From the NCBI GenBank assembly GCA_964606755.1, contig CAZSIW010000001.1, forward strand, positions 1 through 28,147: a stretch of DNA of 28,147 bases, given 5' to 3'. Below the pieces are notes generated by a model that was not told the DNA's origin, did no database searches, and saw nothing but the letters and a program-made list of their open reading frames with translations. The position numbers and the translations under genes are program-made. The DNA is from an uncultured Elusimicrobiales bacterium (GTDB taxonomy: Bacteria > Elusimicrobiota > Endomicrobiia > Endomicrobiales > CAZSIW01). This document shows, one piece after another, positions 17,459-26,525 of this stretch; position 1 is the first letter of the stretch, and each line of letters starts with the position of its first letter.

Positions 17459-18598
17459 TTACATTTGAATCGTTTCAATTCCAGTCAACGGCATGCTTGT
17501 GCATTTTTCATCGAGGCTGTATCGTTCCTTGCCAGGATAAACTACCCATAAATGCTCAAGCTTTAAGTCTTCTATGGCGATTTTCATTGATTTAGTTAAA
17601 ACCGGCGCATCTGAACATTTAAACTCAAAACCATATTTTTTCCCTTTTCTTAAAAGCAGAAGATCCAACTCAGCGCCGTTATATGTGCGCCAGAAAAACG
17701 AATCCCTCTCGCCAAATTTATTTAGTATCTCTTCACAAGCAAAACCTTCCCATGAGGCGCCGATCTTAGGATTAAGCAGCATTTCTTTATAACCCGATAA
17801 ATTCAAAAAAGCATGAAATATTCCGCTATCTCTTAAATATATTTTAGGGGATTTGATCAATCGTTTACCCATGTTCTCATAAAAAGGCGATAACTGACGT
17901 ATCATATATGTTCCAGTCAAAGCGTCAAGATATTTCTGGGCAGTGGTATGCGAAACACCTATGGAAGAGCCTATTTCAGAACCGTTCCATATCTGCCCGT
18001 GATAATGCGTTATCATGCCCCAGAACCGTTTCATTATCGCTGTGGATACTCCCAGTCCAAGCTTCAGCACATCTCTTTCAAGAAATGTTTTTATGAAATC
18101 ATGCCGCCAAGACAGGCTGTCTGAATCATTCTTCGAGAGGAATGATTTCGGGAATCCGCCCCTTACCCAAAGCCTGTTAAGCTTCCCGACGCCGACTTCT
18201 TCAATCGAGAACCCCGCCATATCCACAAAATGAATCCTTCCCGCAAGCGATTCTGAAGACTCCTTTATCAATTCAGGAGAAGCGCTTCCAAGTATCAAAA
18301 ACCTTACTTTTAAAGGCTTCTTGTCTGAGTATACCCTCAACAATGGAAGCAAATCGGGTTTTCTCTGTATCTCATCAAGCACAATTATGCCGCTGAAAGA
18401 ATCAAAGATCAGCTGGGGCCTGTTAAGTTTTGCTTCATCAAGCGGATTTTCAAGGTCAAAGTAGAGGCTTTTGAATTTTCCAGCGACAGCCCTGGCTATA
18501 GTGGTTTTTCCACATTGCCTAGGGCCGAGAAGGGCAGTCACTGGATTCTTTTTTATACCGGCATTTATTCTATCAAAGATCAGTTTTCTTTCAATCAT
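17459..18598 (-). CDS. AAA+ ATPase (AAA_14) with DUF4143 and a C-terminal PD-(D/E)xK-like domain
   Basis: GPRQCGKTT, LDEIQR, LGSAS, LAGR, GGFP, KSPKIYLRDSG, ELDLL...GFEFK. Confidence 0.9.
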   Translation of the reverse strand: MIERKLIFDRINAGIKKNPVTALLGPRQCGKTTIARAVAGKFKSLYFDLENPLDEAKLNRPQLIFDSFSGIIVLDEIQRKPDLLPLLRVYSDKKPLKVRFLILGSASPELIKESSESLAGRIHFVDMAGFSIEEVGVGKLNRLWVRGGFPKSFLSKNDSDSLSWRHDFIKTFLERDVLKLGLGVSTAIMKRFWGMITHYHGQIWNGSEIGSSIGVSHTTAQKYLDALTGTYMIRQLSPFYENMGKRLIKSPKIYLRDSGIFHAFLNLSGYKEMLLNPKIGASWEGFACEEILNKFGERDSFFWRTYNGAELDLLLLRKGKKYGFEFKCSDAPVLTKSMKIAIEDLKLEHLWVVYPGKERYSLDEKCTSMPLTGIETIQM

Positions 18599-18605
18599 TT
18601 TTCCT

Positions 18606-18672
18606 CCAGTAATATTGAAACATGCATTTGCAATATTACTGGTATTATATATCTTTCACTTGGTTTATGCAA
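18606..18672 (-). promoter_or_regulatory. promoter and perfect 12-bp inverted repeat over the transcription start of the AAA gene
   Basis: TTGCAT-17 nt-TATAAT (18644-18672); CCAGTAATATTG-13 nt-CAATATTACTGG (18606-18642). Confidence 0.75.
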
Positions 18673-18692
18673 CAGGTATTGGAGAATTTATA

Positions 18693-18747
18693 CTCCTGCC
18701 AATAAAAAACCACCCGCCAAAACTTCATGGCAAGTGGATAAAATTTC
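18693..18747. repeat. direct repeat copy B, probably the terminator of the DUF1801 gene
   Basis: Minus strand CCACTTGCCA-loop-TGGCGGGTGG-TTTTTT, followed by an SD-like GGCAGGAG with no start codon after it. Confidence 0.92.
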
Positions 18748-18769
18748 GCTCTCTGTTATTATTGTATCT

Positions 18770-19138
18770 CTATTTTTTTCTCTTCAGGTTTTCTTGCACC
18801 CTAAACGCAGTTATCTTCTTCACCAGGTCGTAGGGGATAGGCTCATCCATAGGAAACCGCACGGTGCCTTTGGAAAGGCTGTACCGCGACAGCTCTTTCT
18901 TAAATTTGCTTACGCCAGAAGACGTAGGAAAAAAACCGATATGGTTTTTGAAGGCCGCGAAGTATACCAGAGCGCCATTGAGCACAAACGCCGGTATCCT
19001 GTAACTGATCGTCTCTGCAGCCCCCGGCGCAGTTTCTTTTATCACCTGTCTCATTTTTCCGAGAATGCCCGAGACCGGAGCTGGGAAAGATTTTATATAT
19101 TCATTTATAGTCGTGATCTGTTTTTTCCGCGCTATCAT
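18770..19138 (-). CDS. DUF1801 (YdhG-like) protein
   Basis: TINEYI..FP, ETISY.IPAF, VYFAAFKNHIGF.P, SKGTVRFP.DEPIPYDLVKKI. Confidence 0.88.
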   Translation of the reverse strand: MIARKKQITTINEYIKSFPAPVSGILGKMRQVIKETAPGAAETISYRIPAFVLNGALVYFAAFKNHIGFFPTSSGVSKFKKELSRYSLSKGTVRFPMDEPIPYDLVKKITAFRVQENLKRKK

Positions 19139-20163
19139 CAGCCCTGCTTTCCGCCATCCAGCTCGTCCAGCTCTTTTTGCGAGTGCTGAATGATCGCTAT
19201 CAGGCTGGCCTTTTCCGCTTCGCTTACGGAAGGCTCTTTCATCCGGGCCTGCGATTGTTCTATTGTTGATACTAGCTGGGTTTTCATCAGCGCCTTTATC
19301 GGGTCTACCTCTGCCCCCGCTTGGGCCTTATTGTCAGGGGGTGTGCCTGCCTCCACAACCTCCAACTTCGGCATCGTGTGATCGAGAGGGGGGTTCTGGT
19401 CAGGCGCTATTTGAAGCGGCATTGGTTGTTCGCCTTTCCCTTTGCTCTTACCCCTTTGCTCTTTTCTCTGCAGTTGGGCCTGCTCTTTTATCTGTTTTAT
19501 TAGATCCTGTGCAAAAGCTATGGCCTGATCGGGATTATCGCGCTTTCTGTCAAATTTCAGGGTAGCGCAAAATCCACTTTTAGTTGATTTTACATACATA
19601 TTCTTGTTTTGAGAAACCGAATCGTAATTATTACGATTGCCTGCGTTTCCCACATCGGTTGCACTTATTTCACCCGTTATTATCCTTTTATGCACATCCT
19701 CCGGCGCCTCGGCTACCTTAATGTATCTGCGCACCTGGCCTTCGGTTTTACCTATCAATAGGCCTATCTCCTCGTTGGTCTTTTTCTTCTCATCTTTAAG
19801 CCTCTTGCAGGCAAACATTATATCCAAAGTGTTCAGGGTCTTGCGGTCTATGTTTTCAATAAAGTTGGTGCTAAGCATGTCTTCCTGGCTGGCATCGGCC
19901 TCGGGTATGGTGATGGCCAGAATGCTCTCCCACTTAAGGCTTATGGCCGCGGCAAGCCTGCGCAGCCCGCTCACCACCACCAGCTCCCCGCTGTGCCTGC
20001 GCCACAACAGGATGGCGAACTTCTGCCCATTCTCCGCCATCGACTTTGCAAGCCCCGCAACGCTCTCCGGGGTAATGTCCCTGCGGAACTGGAACTCCCT
20101 GTTCGCGGCATTGATATCCGCGATCTTCACCCACCCCTGCTGATACTTCGAAAGGTCTAACAT
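19138..20163 (-). CDS. orphan ParB/Spo0J-like protein with a long unrelated C-terminal region
   Basis: VSGLRRLAA (ParB Arg patch), IENIDRKTL (ENLxR), HTH EEIGLLIGKTEGQVRRYI; no ParA in the window. Confidence 0.85.
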   Translation of the reverse strand: MLDLSKYQQGWVKIADINAANREFQFRRDITPESVAGLAKSMAENGQKFAILLWRRHSGELVVVSGLRRLAAAISLKWESILAITIPEADASQEDMLSTNFIENIDRKTLNTLDIMFACKRLKDEKKKTNEEIGLLIGKTEGQVRRYIKVAEAPEDVHKRIITGEISATDVGNAGNRNNYDSVSQNKNMYVKSTKSGFCATLKFDRKRDNPDQAIAFAQDLIKQIKEQAQLQRKEQRGKSKGKGEQPMPLQIAPDQNPPLDHTMPKLEVVEAGTPPDNKAQAGAEVDPIKALMKTQLVSTIEQSQARMKEPSVSEAEKASLIAIIQHSQKELDELDGGKQG

Positions 20164-20218
20164 ATATATACCCCCTACATTAAGGTTGTATCTGCGCGGC
20201 TGGAACTACATGTTCAAG

Positions 20219-20548
20219 CTATTTGCGTGTGTGGCTGATTTTTGATTTGGGTTTCTGGATCACTTCGAACCCGCTGGATTCGATCGTTTTGCGAAACTCC
20301 GGGGTTAAAGCGTTCCAGTCCAGAACATCTGCTATGATAGGAATGTCAGATTCGGAGAGAGCCTGTTTGATCTTTTCGATCAGGCGCCAATCTAGTTTGT
20401 GGTTGTCAACGAGAATAATATCAATATCGGAGTATTTTTTTGCCTTGCCTGTTACCCGGGACCCGAAAACACGTGCCTCACAGCCCGGGGCAAGCTCAGC
20501 CAGAATATTTTTAATTTCTTTAAGATAATTTGTATCCAGATCAATCAT
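20219..20548 (-). CDS. minimal nucleotidyltransferase (MNT), putative antitoxin
   Basis: FGSRVTGKAKKYSDID fits GSx10DxD; overlaps the upstream HEPN gene by 8 nt. Confidence 0.9.
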   Translation of the reverse strand: MIDLDTNYLKEIKNILAELAPGCEARVFGSRVTGKAKKYSDIDIILVDNHKLDWRLIEKIKQALSESDIPIIADVLDWNALTPEFRKTIESSGFEVIQKPKSKISHTRK

Positions 20549-20957
20549 TGTGTTTTTCCAGCTGTATCAGCAGATATTTCGCGTCTCCCGAAAACCGTAA
20601 GGCCTGCTTAAAAACGATCTCGGCTTTATCCAGATCATAAGTATGAGCTGTCAGGTTGCGGGCATCACCGTATTCAAACCAGGGAAGAGGATCGCTTATA
20701 ATACCGTACTGCGCCGCCATGCGAAAAAGTTCTTTACGCGTCCGCGGAAGTTCAACGTCGCCTTTGCTTTGATTTTCTTTCAGCCAGCGCTGCATAAATT
20801 TCCAGCACAATTCGTATGTAAACTCAAAATTCTGAATTACGCCCGCTCGAAGCACCTCTTCCTGATCCTTTCCGGACCCGGCCTGGCCCGCCGCAACTTT
20901 AATAGCGCGCTCGAGAGAATCAACTGCTTTCTGCAGACTGCTAAGATCTAAAACCAT
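20541..20957 (-). CDS. HEPN-domain protein (HI0074-type), putative RNase toxin
   Basis: GVIQNFEFTYELCWK; RNLTAHTY fits Rx4HxY; SD GGAGGG. Confidence 0.9.
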   Translation of the reverse strand: MVLDLSSLQKAVDSLERAIKVAAGQAGSGKDQEEVLRAGVIQNFEFTYELCWKFMQRWLKENQSKGDVELPRTRKELFRMAAQYGIISDPLPWFEYGDARNLTAHTYDLDKAEIVFKQALRFSGDAKYLLIQLEKHND

Positions 20958-21001
20958 ACAAACCCTCCGGACATCTTAAACGCAACCCTGACAACAGTTT
21001 T

Positions 21002-21030
21002 ATTGTACCTCTTTAATCTAGAGTTTTCAA
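21002..21030 (-). promoter_or_regulatory. promoter for the HEPN-MNT pair
   Basis: TTGAAA-17 nt-TACAAT. Confidence 0.7.
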
Positions 21031-21176
21031 ACCCCTCAACATCCCCCGGAGTGTTCCTCAAAAGTCAGTGGTTGAAGTTCACCCCGGCACGAAAAATTGT
21101 TATACTAAAAATTACCGCGGCAGCGTCGACGCTCAGGCCGCGGCACCACGCCCCGGCGGGACAAAGGAGGAATATC

Positions 21177-21362
21177 ATGGCAAAAGCAATAGACCCGGTC
21201 TGCGACACGGAAGTGGACACCAAAACAGCATTCAAGAGCGAGTACAAGGATAAGACATACTATTTCTGTTCCAAGGACGATAAGAACGAGTTCGACATGC
21301 ACCCCACGGCATACACCGGCAAACAGAAAGAAAAAGTAGGAAGCTCAAAAGAAAGCTGCTAA
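21177..21362 (+). CDS. YHS-domain protein (61 aa)
   Basis: SD AAGGAGG then MAKAIDPVC...YKDKTYYFCS...F...P..Y; extended -10 TGTTATACT at 21098-21106. The track start at 21003 is an over-extension. Confidence 0.88.
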   Translation: MAKAIDPVCDTEVDTKTAFKSEYKDKTYYFCSKDDKNEFDMHPTAYTGKQKEKVGSSKESC

Positions 21363-21367
21363 AAAAC

Positions 21368-21409
21368 AAAAGCGGGGCCAGGCATTTTTTAAAGTCCTGA
21401 CCCCGCTTT
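21368..21409. terminator. bidirectional terminator between the YHS gene and hsdR
   Basis: AAAGCGGGG.CAGG...CCTG.CCCCGCTTT. Confidence 0.7.
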
Positions 21410-21430
21410 ATTATTTGTTATTGCAATAAG

Positions 21431-24400
21431 TTAATTAGGTGTTGTGTTCCCAGAATTTCCCAACAAATCTTCTGCTAAAAGCTTTGCTTGGTCAAGAACG
21501 GTTTGAACAGCTTTTTCCTGCAAATCAGGCGGGTACCCATTTAAACGAAGAATCCTGCGAACATTTCTTCTTAAACCGGATTGCACGCTTTCTTTAATGG
21601 TCCAATCAATTGTAGTGCTGCTCCGCACTGTTTTCAATAATTCCTGAGCAATTTGTTTCAATATCTTATCTCCGAGAACAGCCACGGCGCTATTATTTAC
21701 CTCTAACGCCGTATAAAATGCATATTCTCTGAAATCCAGGCCTAATTCCTCGCCTCTTCTGTCAGCTTCTTTTATTTGCCCGGCAAAAGGAATCAGCACT
21801 TTTTCTAAAAACTCAACAGTATCAATCATTCCGTTGTGGTAACGTTTTATAGCGTCCGCCAGCATATCAGAAAACTTCTTGCTTTCAACCAGGTTTATTT
21901 TTGTTCTTTTCCTAATCTCATCTTTCAATAACTTTTTCAACAATTCAACGGCTAAATTCTTTTGGGGCATATGTTTCAATTCTTCAAGAAAACGCTCGTC
22001 AAGTATTTCGATACTCGGCTTCTTTATGCCTGCGGCATCGAAAACATCTATAACTTTATCGGCGGTTATCGCTTCGGATATTATCTGTTTTATCGCTGTT
22101 TCCATTTCCTGATCGGATTTGCCGCCCTCATTTCTGTCTGATATTTTGACAAGCCTTGCCTTTACAGCCTGGAATAAAGCAACATTATCGCGTATAGCCA
22201 TAACCCTTTCATGTGGAACAGAAATCGCAAACGCTTTCAGCAAATTTATTGTATTATCAACAAATGCCTGCTCCCCGTTTTCCTGGCTGAAAATGTAATC
22301 AACAATAACAGGAATATATCTTAATTTACCTTCGGAAGTTAGAGTAAAGAATTTCTTCCAATCAAAATGCCTTAATTGATACTCGATAGCCTCATAATAT
22401 TCTAAACACTTAGCCACAGCTATTTCCTGATCAAGAGCAGGTTTACCTTTCCCGCCGTTTACGGTATATTCTGTTAATGCGTGTTTTAATTCCTGCGCTA
22501 TGCCAAGATAATCTACTACTAAACCGCCCTCTTTATCTTCTCTAAATACGCGGTTCACCCTGGCAATTGCCTGCATCAGGGTGTGGCCCCTCATAGGTTT
22601 ATCAACATAAAGCGTGTGTAAACAGGGCGCATCAAAACCTGTAAGCCACATATCCCTAACAATCACAAGTTTTAAAGGGTCTGTAGGATTTTTCAGCCTG
22701 TCACCGATAGCTTTTCTTCTCTCTTTATTTCTAATATGTGGCTGCATCCTTAACAAATCACTGGAAGAACCGGTCATAATTACTTTTATACTTCCTTTAT
22801 CGTCATCTTCGCTATGCCAATGAGGCCTGAGTTTGATGATTTCCTCATACAAATCAACGCAGATTCTGCGGCTCATGCACACAATCATCGCTTTACCGTC
22901 CAAAACTGCATTGCGGTCTTCAAAATGCTTTACTAAATCTTCTGCGATTTTCTTAATGCGGTTTGGATTGCCTACTATAGCTTCCAGTCTTGCCCATTTA
23001 GCTTTTAACTGCTGGCGCTGGGTTTGTTCTTCTGTTTCAGTTACTTCATCAAACTTTTCATCAACCTTTGGTTTTTCTTCTTCCGTAAATTTAACTTTCG
23101 CCAATCTGCTTTCATAATAAATTGTTACAGTTGCCTTATCGTCAACGGCCTGCTGAATATCATAAATATCGACATAATTTCCAAACACAGCCTGAGTGTT
23201 GCGGTCTGTGGTTTCTATCGGGGTACCAGTAAAACCTATGAAAGATGCGTTAGGCAATGAATCACGCAGATGCTTTGCATAACCATCAATAAAATCATAC
23301 TGGCTGCGGTGTGCCTCATCTGCAATTACAACAATATTTTTGCGAAGGCTCAAAGCTTTTATTTCAGCGCCTATATACTCTGCCCTTGGTTCTTTAACAG
23401 CAAGAGCGGGCTCAACAATATCTTCCTGCATCGGCATAAACTTTTGAATTGTTGTAAACACAATACCGCCTGAAGCAACTTTTAGTAACTGTTGTAAATT
23501 TTTTCTATCCTGCGCCTGCTGAGGCTGCTGACGCAACAACTGCTGGCAATTACTAAATGTGTCAAAAAGCTGGTCATCCAAATCATTTCTGTCTGTCAGT
23601 ACAACAATTGTGGGGTTATCCAAAGCTAAAACAAGCTTACCTGTATAAAACACCATAATAAGGCTTTTTCCACTGCCTTGCGTGTGCCACACTACACCTG
23701 CACGCCTGTCACCTTCTTCTGCAACAGCTATCTTTGTCGTTTCAACAGCCTTGTTTACAGCATAATACTGATGATACGCGGCAACCTTTTTAAGAGTTTT
23801 ATCTTTGCTCTTTTCATAAACAATAAAATGAGATATTAAATCCAGTAATGTCTCCTTGTTCAACATACCTTTACACATTACTTCTAACTGAGGTAAAACT
23901 GAGTCCGCAGTTGTCTTACCGTCTTTTGTTTTCCAGCTTGAAAACCTACCCCAATCGCTTGTAAGTGTTCCACATTTTGCGTCCCACCCGTCACTTACAA
24001 TAAGCAGCTCATTATAGGTAAATAATGATTGTATAGTTTGTTTATAGGTTTGTAATTGGTTAAAAGCTGTTTTTACGGTAGCGGTTTCATCAGCGGCATT
24101 CTTTAATTCTATTACAACAAGAGGCAGGCCGTTAACAAACAACACGATATCGGGGCGTTTATTCAAATTGTTTTCTAGTACGGTAAACTGGTTTACACAA
24201 AGGAACTCGTTTTTCTTGGGCTTATCAAAATCAACTATATAAACCTTTTTCCATTCACTACCTGTTTGTGTTCTTATTTCAACATCAATGCCTTCTGTAA
24301 GATACTTATGAAATGTTTCATTGTTTATCAACAGGTTTGGGCTTTCAGCACGCAAAACTTTTTTCAGAGCGTCTTCTTTTGCTTCATTTGGAATATCAGG

Positions 24401-24574
24401 GTTAAGTTTATCGATTGCATCGCGCAGGCGGGTGACAAGCACAACCTCGTTATACTTACGCTCAGGGTGCTCGCCATCAGGCGAAATATCCGGGCCTAAA
24501 AGATGCGTATATCCGAGATTTATAAAATAATTAATAGCTATTTGCTCTATTTCGTCTTCACTTATAGAGTTCAC
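21431..24574 (-). CDS. hsdR: type I restriction endonuclease subunit R
   Basis: Nuclease [57 protein letters not shown] start overlapping the hsdS stop. Confidence 0.97.
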   Translation of the reverse strand: MNSISEDEIEQIAINYFINLGYTHLLGPDISPDGEHPERKYNEVVLVTRLRDAIDKLNPDIPNEAKEDALKKVLRAESPNLLINNETFHKYLTEGIDVEIRTQTGSEWKKVYIVDFDKPKKNEFLCVNQFTVLENNLNKRPDIVLFVNGLPLVVIELKNAADETATVKTAFNQLQTYKQTIQSLFTYNELLIVSDGWDAKCGTLTSDWGRFSSWKTKDGKTTADSVLPQLEVMCKGMLNKETLLDLISHFIVYEKSKDKTLKKVAAYHQYYAVNKAVETTKIAVAEEGDRRAGVVWHTQGSGKSLIMVFYTGKLVLALDNPTIVVLTDRNDLDDQLFDTFSNCQQLLRQQPQQAQDRKNLQQLLKVASGGIVFTTIQKFMPMQEDIVEPALAVKEPRAEYIGAEIKALSLRKNIVVIADEAHRSQYDFIDGYAKHLRDSLPNASFIGFTGTPIETTDRNTQAVFGNYVDIYDIQQAVDDKATVTIYYESRLAKVKFTEEEKPKVDEKFDEVTETEEQTQRQQLKAKWARLEAIVGNPNRIKKIAEDLVKHFEDRNAVLDGKAMIVCMSRRICVDLYEEIIKLRPHWHSEDDDKGSIKVIMTGSSSDLLRMQPHIRNKERRKAIGDRLKNPTDPLKLVIVRDMWLTGFDAPCLHTLYVDKPMRGHTLMQAIARVNRVFREDKEGGLVVDYLGIAQELKHALTEYTVNGGKGKPALDQEIAVAKCLEYYEAIEYQLRHFDWKKFFTLTSEGKLRYIPVIVDYIFSQENGEQAFVDNTINLLKAFAISVPHERVMAIRDNVALFQAVKARLVKISDRNEGGKSDQEMETAIKQIISEAITADKVIDVFDAAGIKKPSIEILDERFLEELKHMPQKNLAVELLKKLLKDEIRKRTKINLVESKKFSDMLADAIKRYHNGMIDTVEFLEKVLIPFAGQIKEADRRGEELGLDFREYAFYTALEVNNSAVAVLGDKILKQIAQELLKTVRSSTTIDWTIKESVQSGLRRNVRRILRLNGYPPDLQEKAVQTVLDQAKLLAEDLLGNSGNTTPN

Positions 24575-26100
24575 GCTTTTACCTCAATCTTTCCGGACAT
24601 GAGTCTTGGCAACAAATTGTCACGTAGTTGTATCAATGTTTGAATCTCTAATGTATTATTGAGTATTTTAGTATCAATACCATTCGCAATTATCTCAAAT
24701 TTTTGAATATTTTTTTCATCCGGTTCTATTACTTCGATATTTTCAAAATTTGTCTTACTGATAGAACCAAAGACTGTACCTTCGCCTTCAAAAACACGGA
24801 AAGTACTTTCTAGATTTTTCATTGAATAGTAAGTAAAAGAATAAGCTCCTGTTTTATGCTTAATAGCGGAAAGACCACGTCCGATGCAACAATCTTCCAT
24901 CGCCATATTTATATCACCAACAGGAGCCCGTACACTAATTAGCGTATCGTATCTTTTTGCTTTTCTAGATGGGTTTGTTGTATACATCCTATTAGAAGGA
25001 AACCTAAAACCAAAGTCAGTCCTTCCTTGGTAAAACACATCACCTTCACCAGTTTCATTATAACTTTCTCCAGGAGGTGATTGCCCCATAATCAGATTAA
25101 AACTATCTCCTAATTTCCCGATTTTCCAGCCCTTCGGTAAGCCATTTACAAATTTGCCATCAAATCCTGGAAAATTGAATTTTACGAACCATTCTTTAAA
25201 AATTGCCTGCACCATTTCTTCAAGGGTTTTGTTTGTTTGCAGGTTGGTTTCAATTTTATCATCTAAAGCTGAAAGAATAGAAGCAATTGCTTTTTGTATT
25301 TTTTTACTGGAAGGAGCAATGAACTCATACGCACAAATCCTTGATGGCGATGTATGTTTTACAGATGATCCTGTTGCTGAACCTACAATAAAACCTTGAT
25401 ACTGTCTAGTTCTAAGTATCCAATAAACAAAATCCTTGTCTAATTCATCGTTTTTAAACTTTACAAGACCCAATCTTTGATTGTGTAAAAATCTAACTCC
25501 TGCGTGTGCAGGTATTTTAGCTGAATACCCTAAAGTATCGCCAGCCTTACTTAGATCAGTCATACTAATTATAATATCGCCTTCTTTTAAAATATAATCT
25601 TTTGGTACTTCGCCCTCGTAATATTTAAACTTATCAGTTTTAAAACCACCACCAATTTCAAAATTGCCTGGGGTTAATAGAATGTTTTTAGTTGGTTTGT
25701 CTGAAAAATACTTACCCTGGAATGCAAAGCCATGCCTTACTTCAATATGATCTCCCAATTTATATGTTTTCCATCCTTTCGGAAGCTGCTTTTGATCGGA
25801 TTTCATATCTTGAAGCACAACATATTGTTTCTCAATATTTTTCTTAAATTTATCAGGTATACTATACCAATCGTGAACATCCACGCGAAAAGGTAAATCT
25901 GAGTCGTCAAATGCTTCTTTTAAAGATGATAAATTAGTTTTTTGTTCAGGTGTGATGAATGCTGTTAGATCGAGGTCTGATTCCGGCTTTGAGGTAAATT
26001 TTACTCGTGAACCAAAGGCCCATACTTTAGTAGAGGGCAAATAACTATTAAGCAAGGAAAGAATTATTTTTCTTTGCTTAACTGTGAGGTCTATCTTCAT
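24571..26100 (-). CDS. hsdS: type I specificity subunit S with an N-terminal MNT nucleotidyltransferase domain (fusion)
   Basis: First ~100 aa: [18 protein letters not shown] (GSx10DxD), [12 protein letters not shown]. Then [15 protein letters not shown]1[25 protein letters not shown]2[12 protein letters not shown] with no intervening stop. Start set to ATG 26100 (ATGA overlap). Confidence 0.93.
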   Translation of the reverse strand: MKIDLTVKQRKIILSLLNSYLPSTKVWAFGSRVKFTSKPESDLDLTAFITPEQKTNLSSLKEAFDDSDLPFRVDVHDWYSIPDKFKKNIEKQYVVLQDMKSDQKQLPKGWKTYKLGDHIEVRHGFAFQGKYFSDKPTKNILLTPGNFEIGGGFKTDKFKYYEGEVPKDYILKEGDIIISMTDLSKAGDTLGYSAKIPAHAGVRFLHNQRLGLVKFKNDELDKDFVYWILRTRQYQGFIVGSATGSSVKHTSPSRICAYEFIAPSSKKIQKAIASILSALDDKIETNLQTNKTLEEMVQAIFKEWFVKFNFPGFDGKFVNGLPKGWKIGKLGDSFNLIMGQSPPGESYNETGEGDVFYQGRTDFGFRFPSNRMYTTNPSRKAKRYDTLISVRAPVGDINMAMEDCCIGRGLSAIKHKTGAYSFTYYSMKNLESTFRVFEGEGTVFGSISKTNFENIEVIEPDEKNIQKFEIIANGIDTKILNNTLEIQTLIQLRDNLLPRLMSGKIEVKA

Positions 26101-26525
26101 GCCCTTTCCCACGCTTTACCTGTCATTTTCATGTACAGTTCTATCGCATCGGCTATATAATCTCCCATAGATTCCAGGGCAATATCAGCTTTATTTTCTG
26201 AATAATCGTGAGAAGTGTCTACTCTGAATTGCAAATATTTTAACCACTGTTCTATGCTTGAAGAGAAGAGTTTATTTTCATTTGCAATACGGAAAATTTC
26301 TTTTGGGCTGTTTGGCATATCGGAGACACCCATTTCTTCAGAAAGGTACCGCTTAAGGACTTTCCATAAACTATCAAAGCAAACTTCAAATCTTTGTATA
26401 ACAGATTCCTTTACAGCTTCTTGGATAAGTTCTTCAACATCTGTTTTATTTCGCATCTGTTGATAATTTATATATTGCAGTTCAAGATGTTTTAATGATT
26501 TCTCAAGTTTATCGTATTCAATCAT
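26097..26525 (-). CDS. HEPN-domain protein (HI0074-type) inside the RM operon
   Basis: ESVIQRFEVCFDSLWK, SPKEIFR; RVDTSHDY fits Rx4HxY; ATGA overlaps at both ends. Confidence 0.9.
   Translation of the reverse strand: MIEYDKLEKSLKHLELQYINYQQMRNKTDVEELIQEAVKESVIQRFEVCFDSLWKVLKRYLSEEMGVSDMPNSPKEIFRIANENKLFSSSIEQWLKYLQFRVDTSHDYSENKADIALESMGDYIADAIELYMKMTGKAWERA

Noticed and set aside
17322-18747. CRISPR array interpretation of the direct repeats
   Set aside because: Only two copies, 1.37 kb apart, with a gene between them; no cas genes.
20164-20218. Possible integron attC sites between cassette-like genes
   Set aside because: No RYYYAAC...GTTRRRY paired boxes seen and no intI; the genes have their own promoters.
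21003-21176. N-terminal extension of the YHS ORF in the track
   Set aside because: Covers promoter and leader sequence; a strong SD points to ATG 21177.
24571-26100. Phase-variable hsdS shufflon
   Set aside because: A single hsdS; no silent TRD copies, flanking inverted repeats or recombinase seen in the window.
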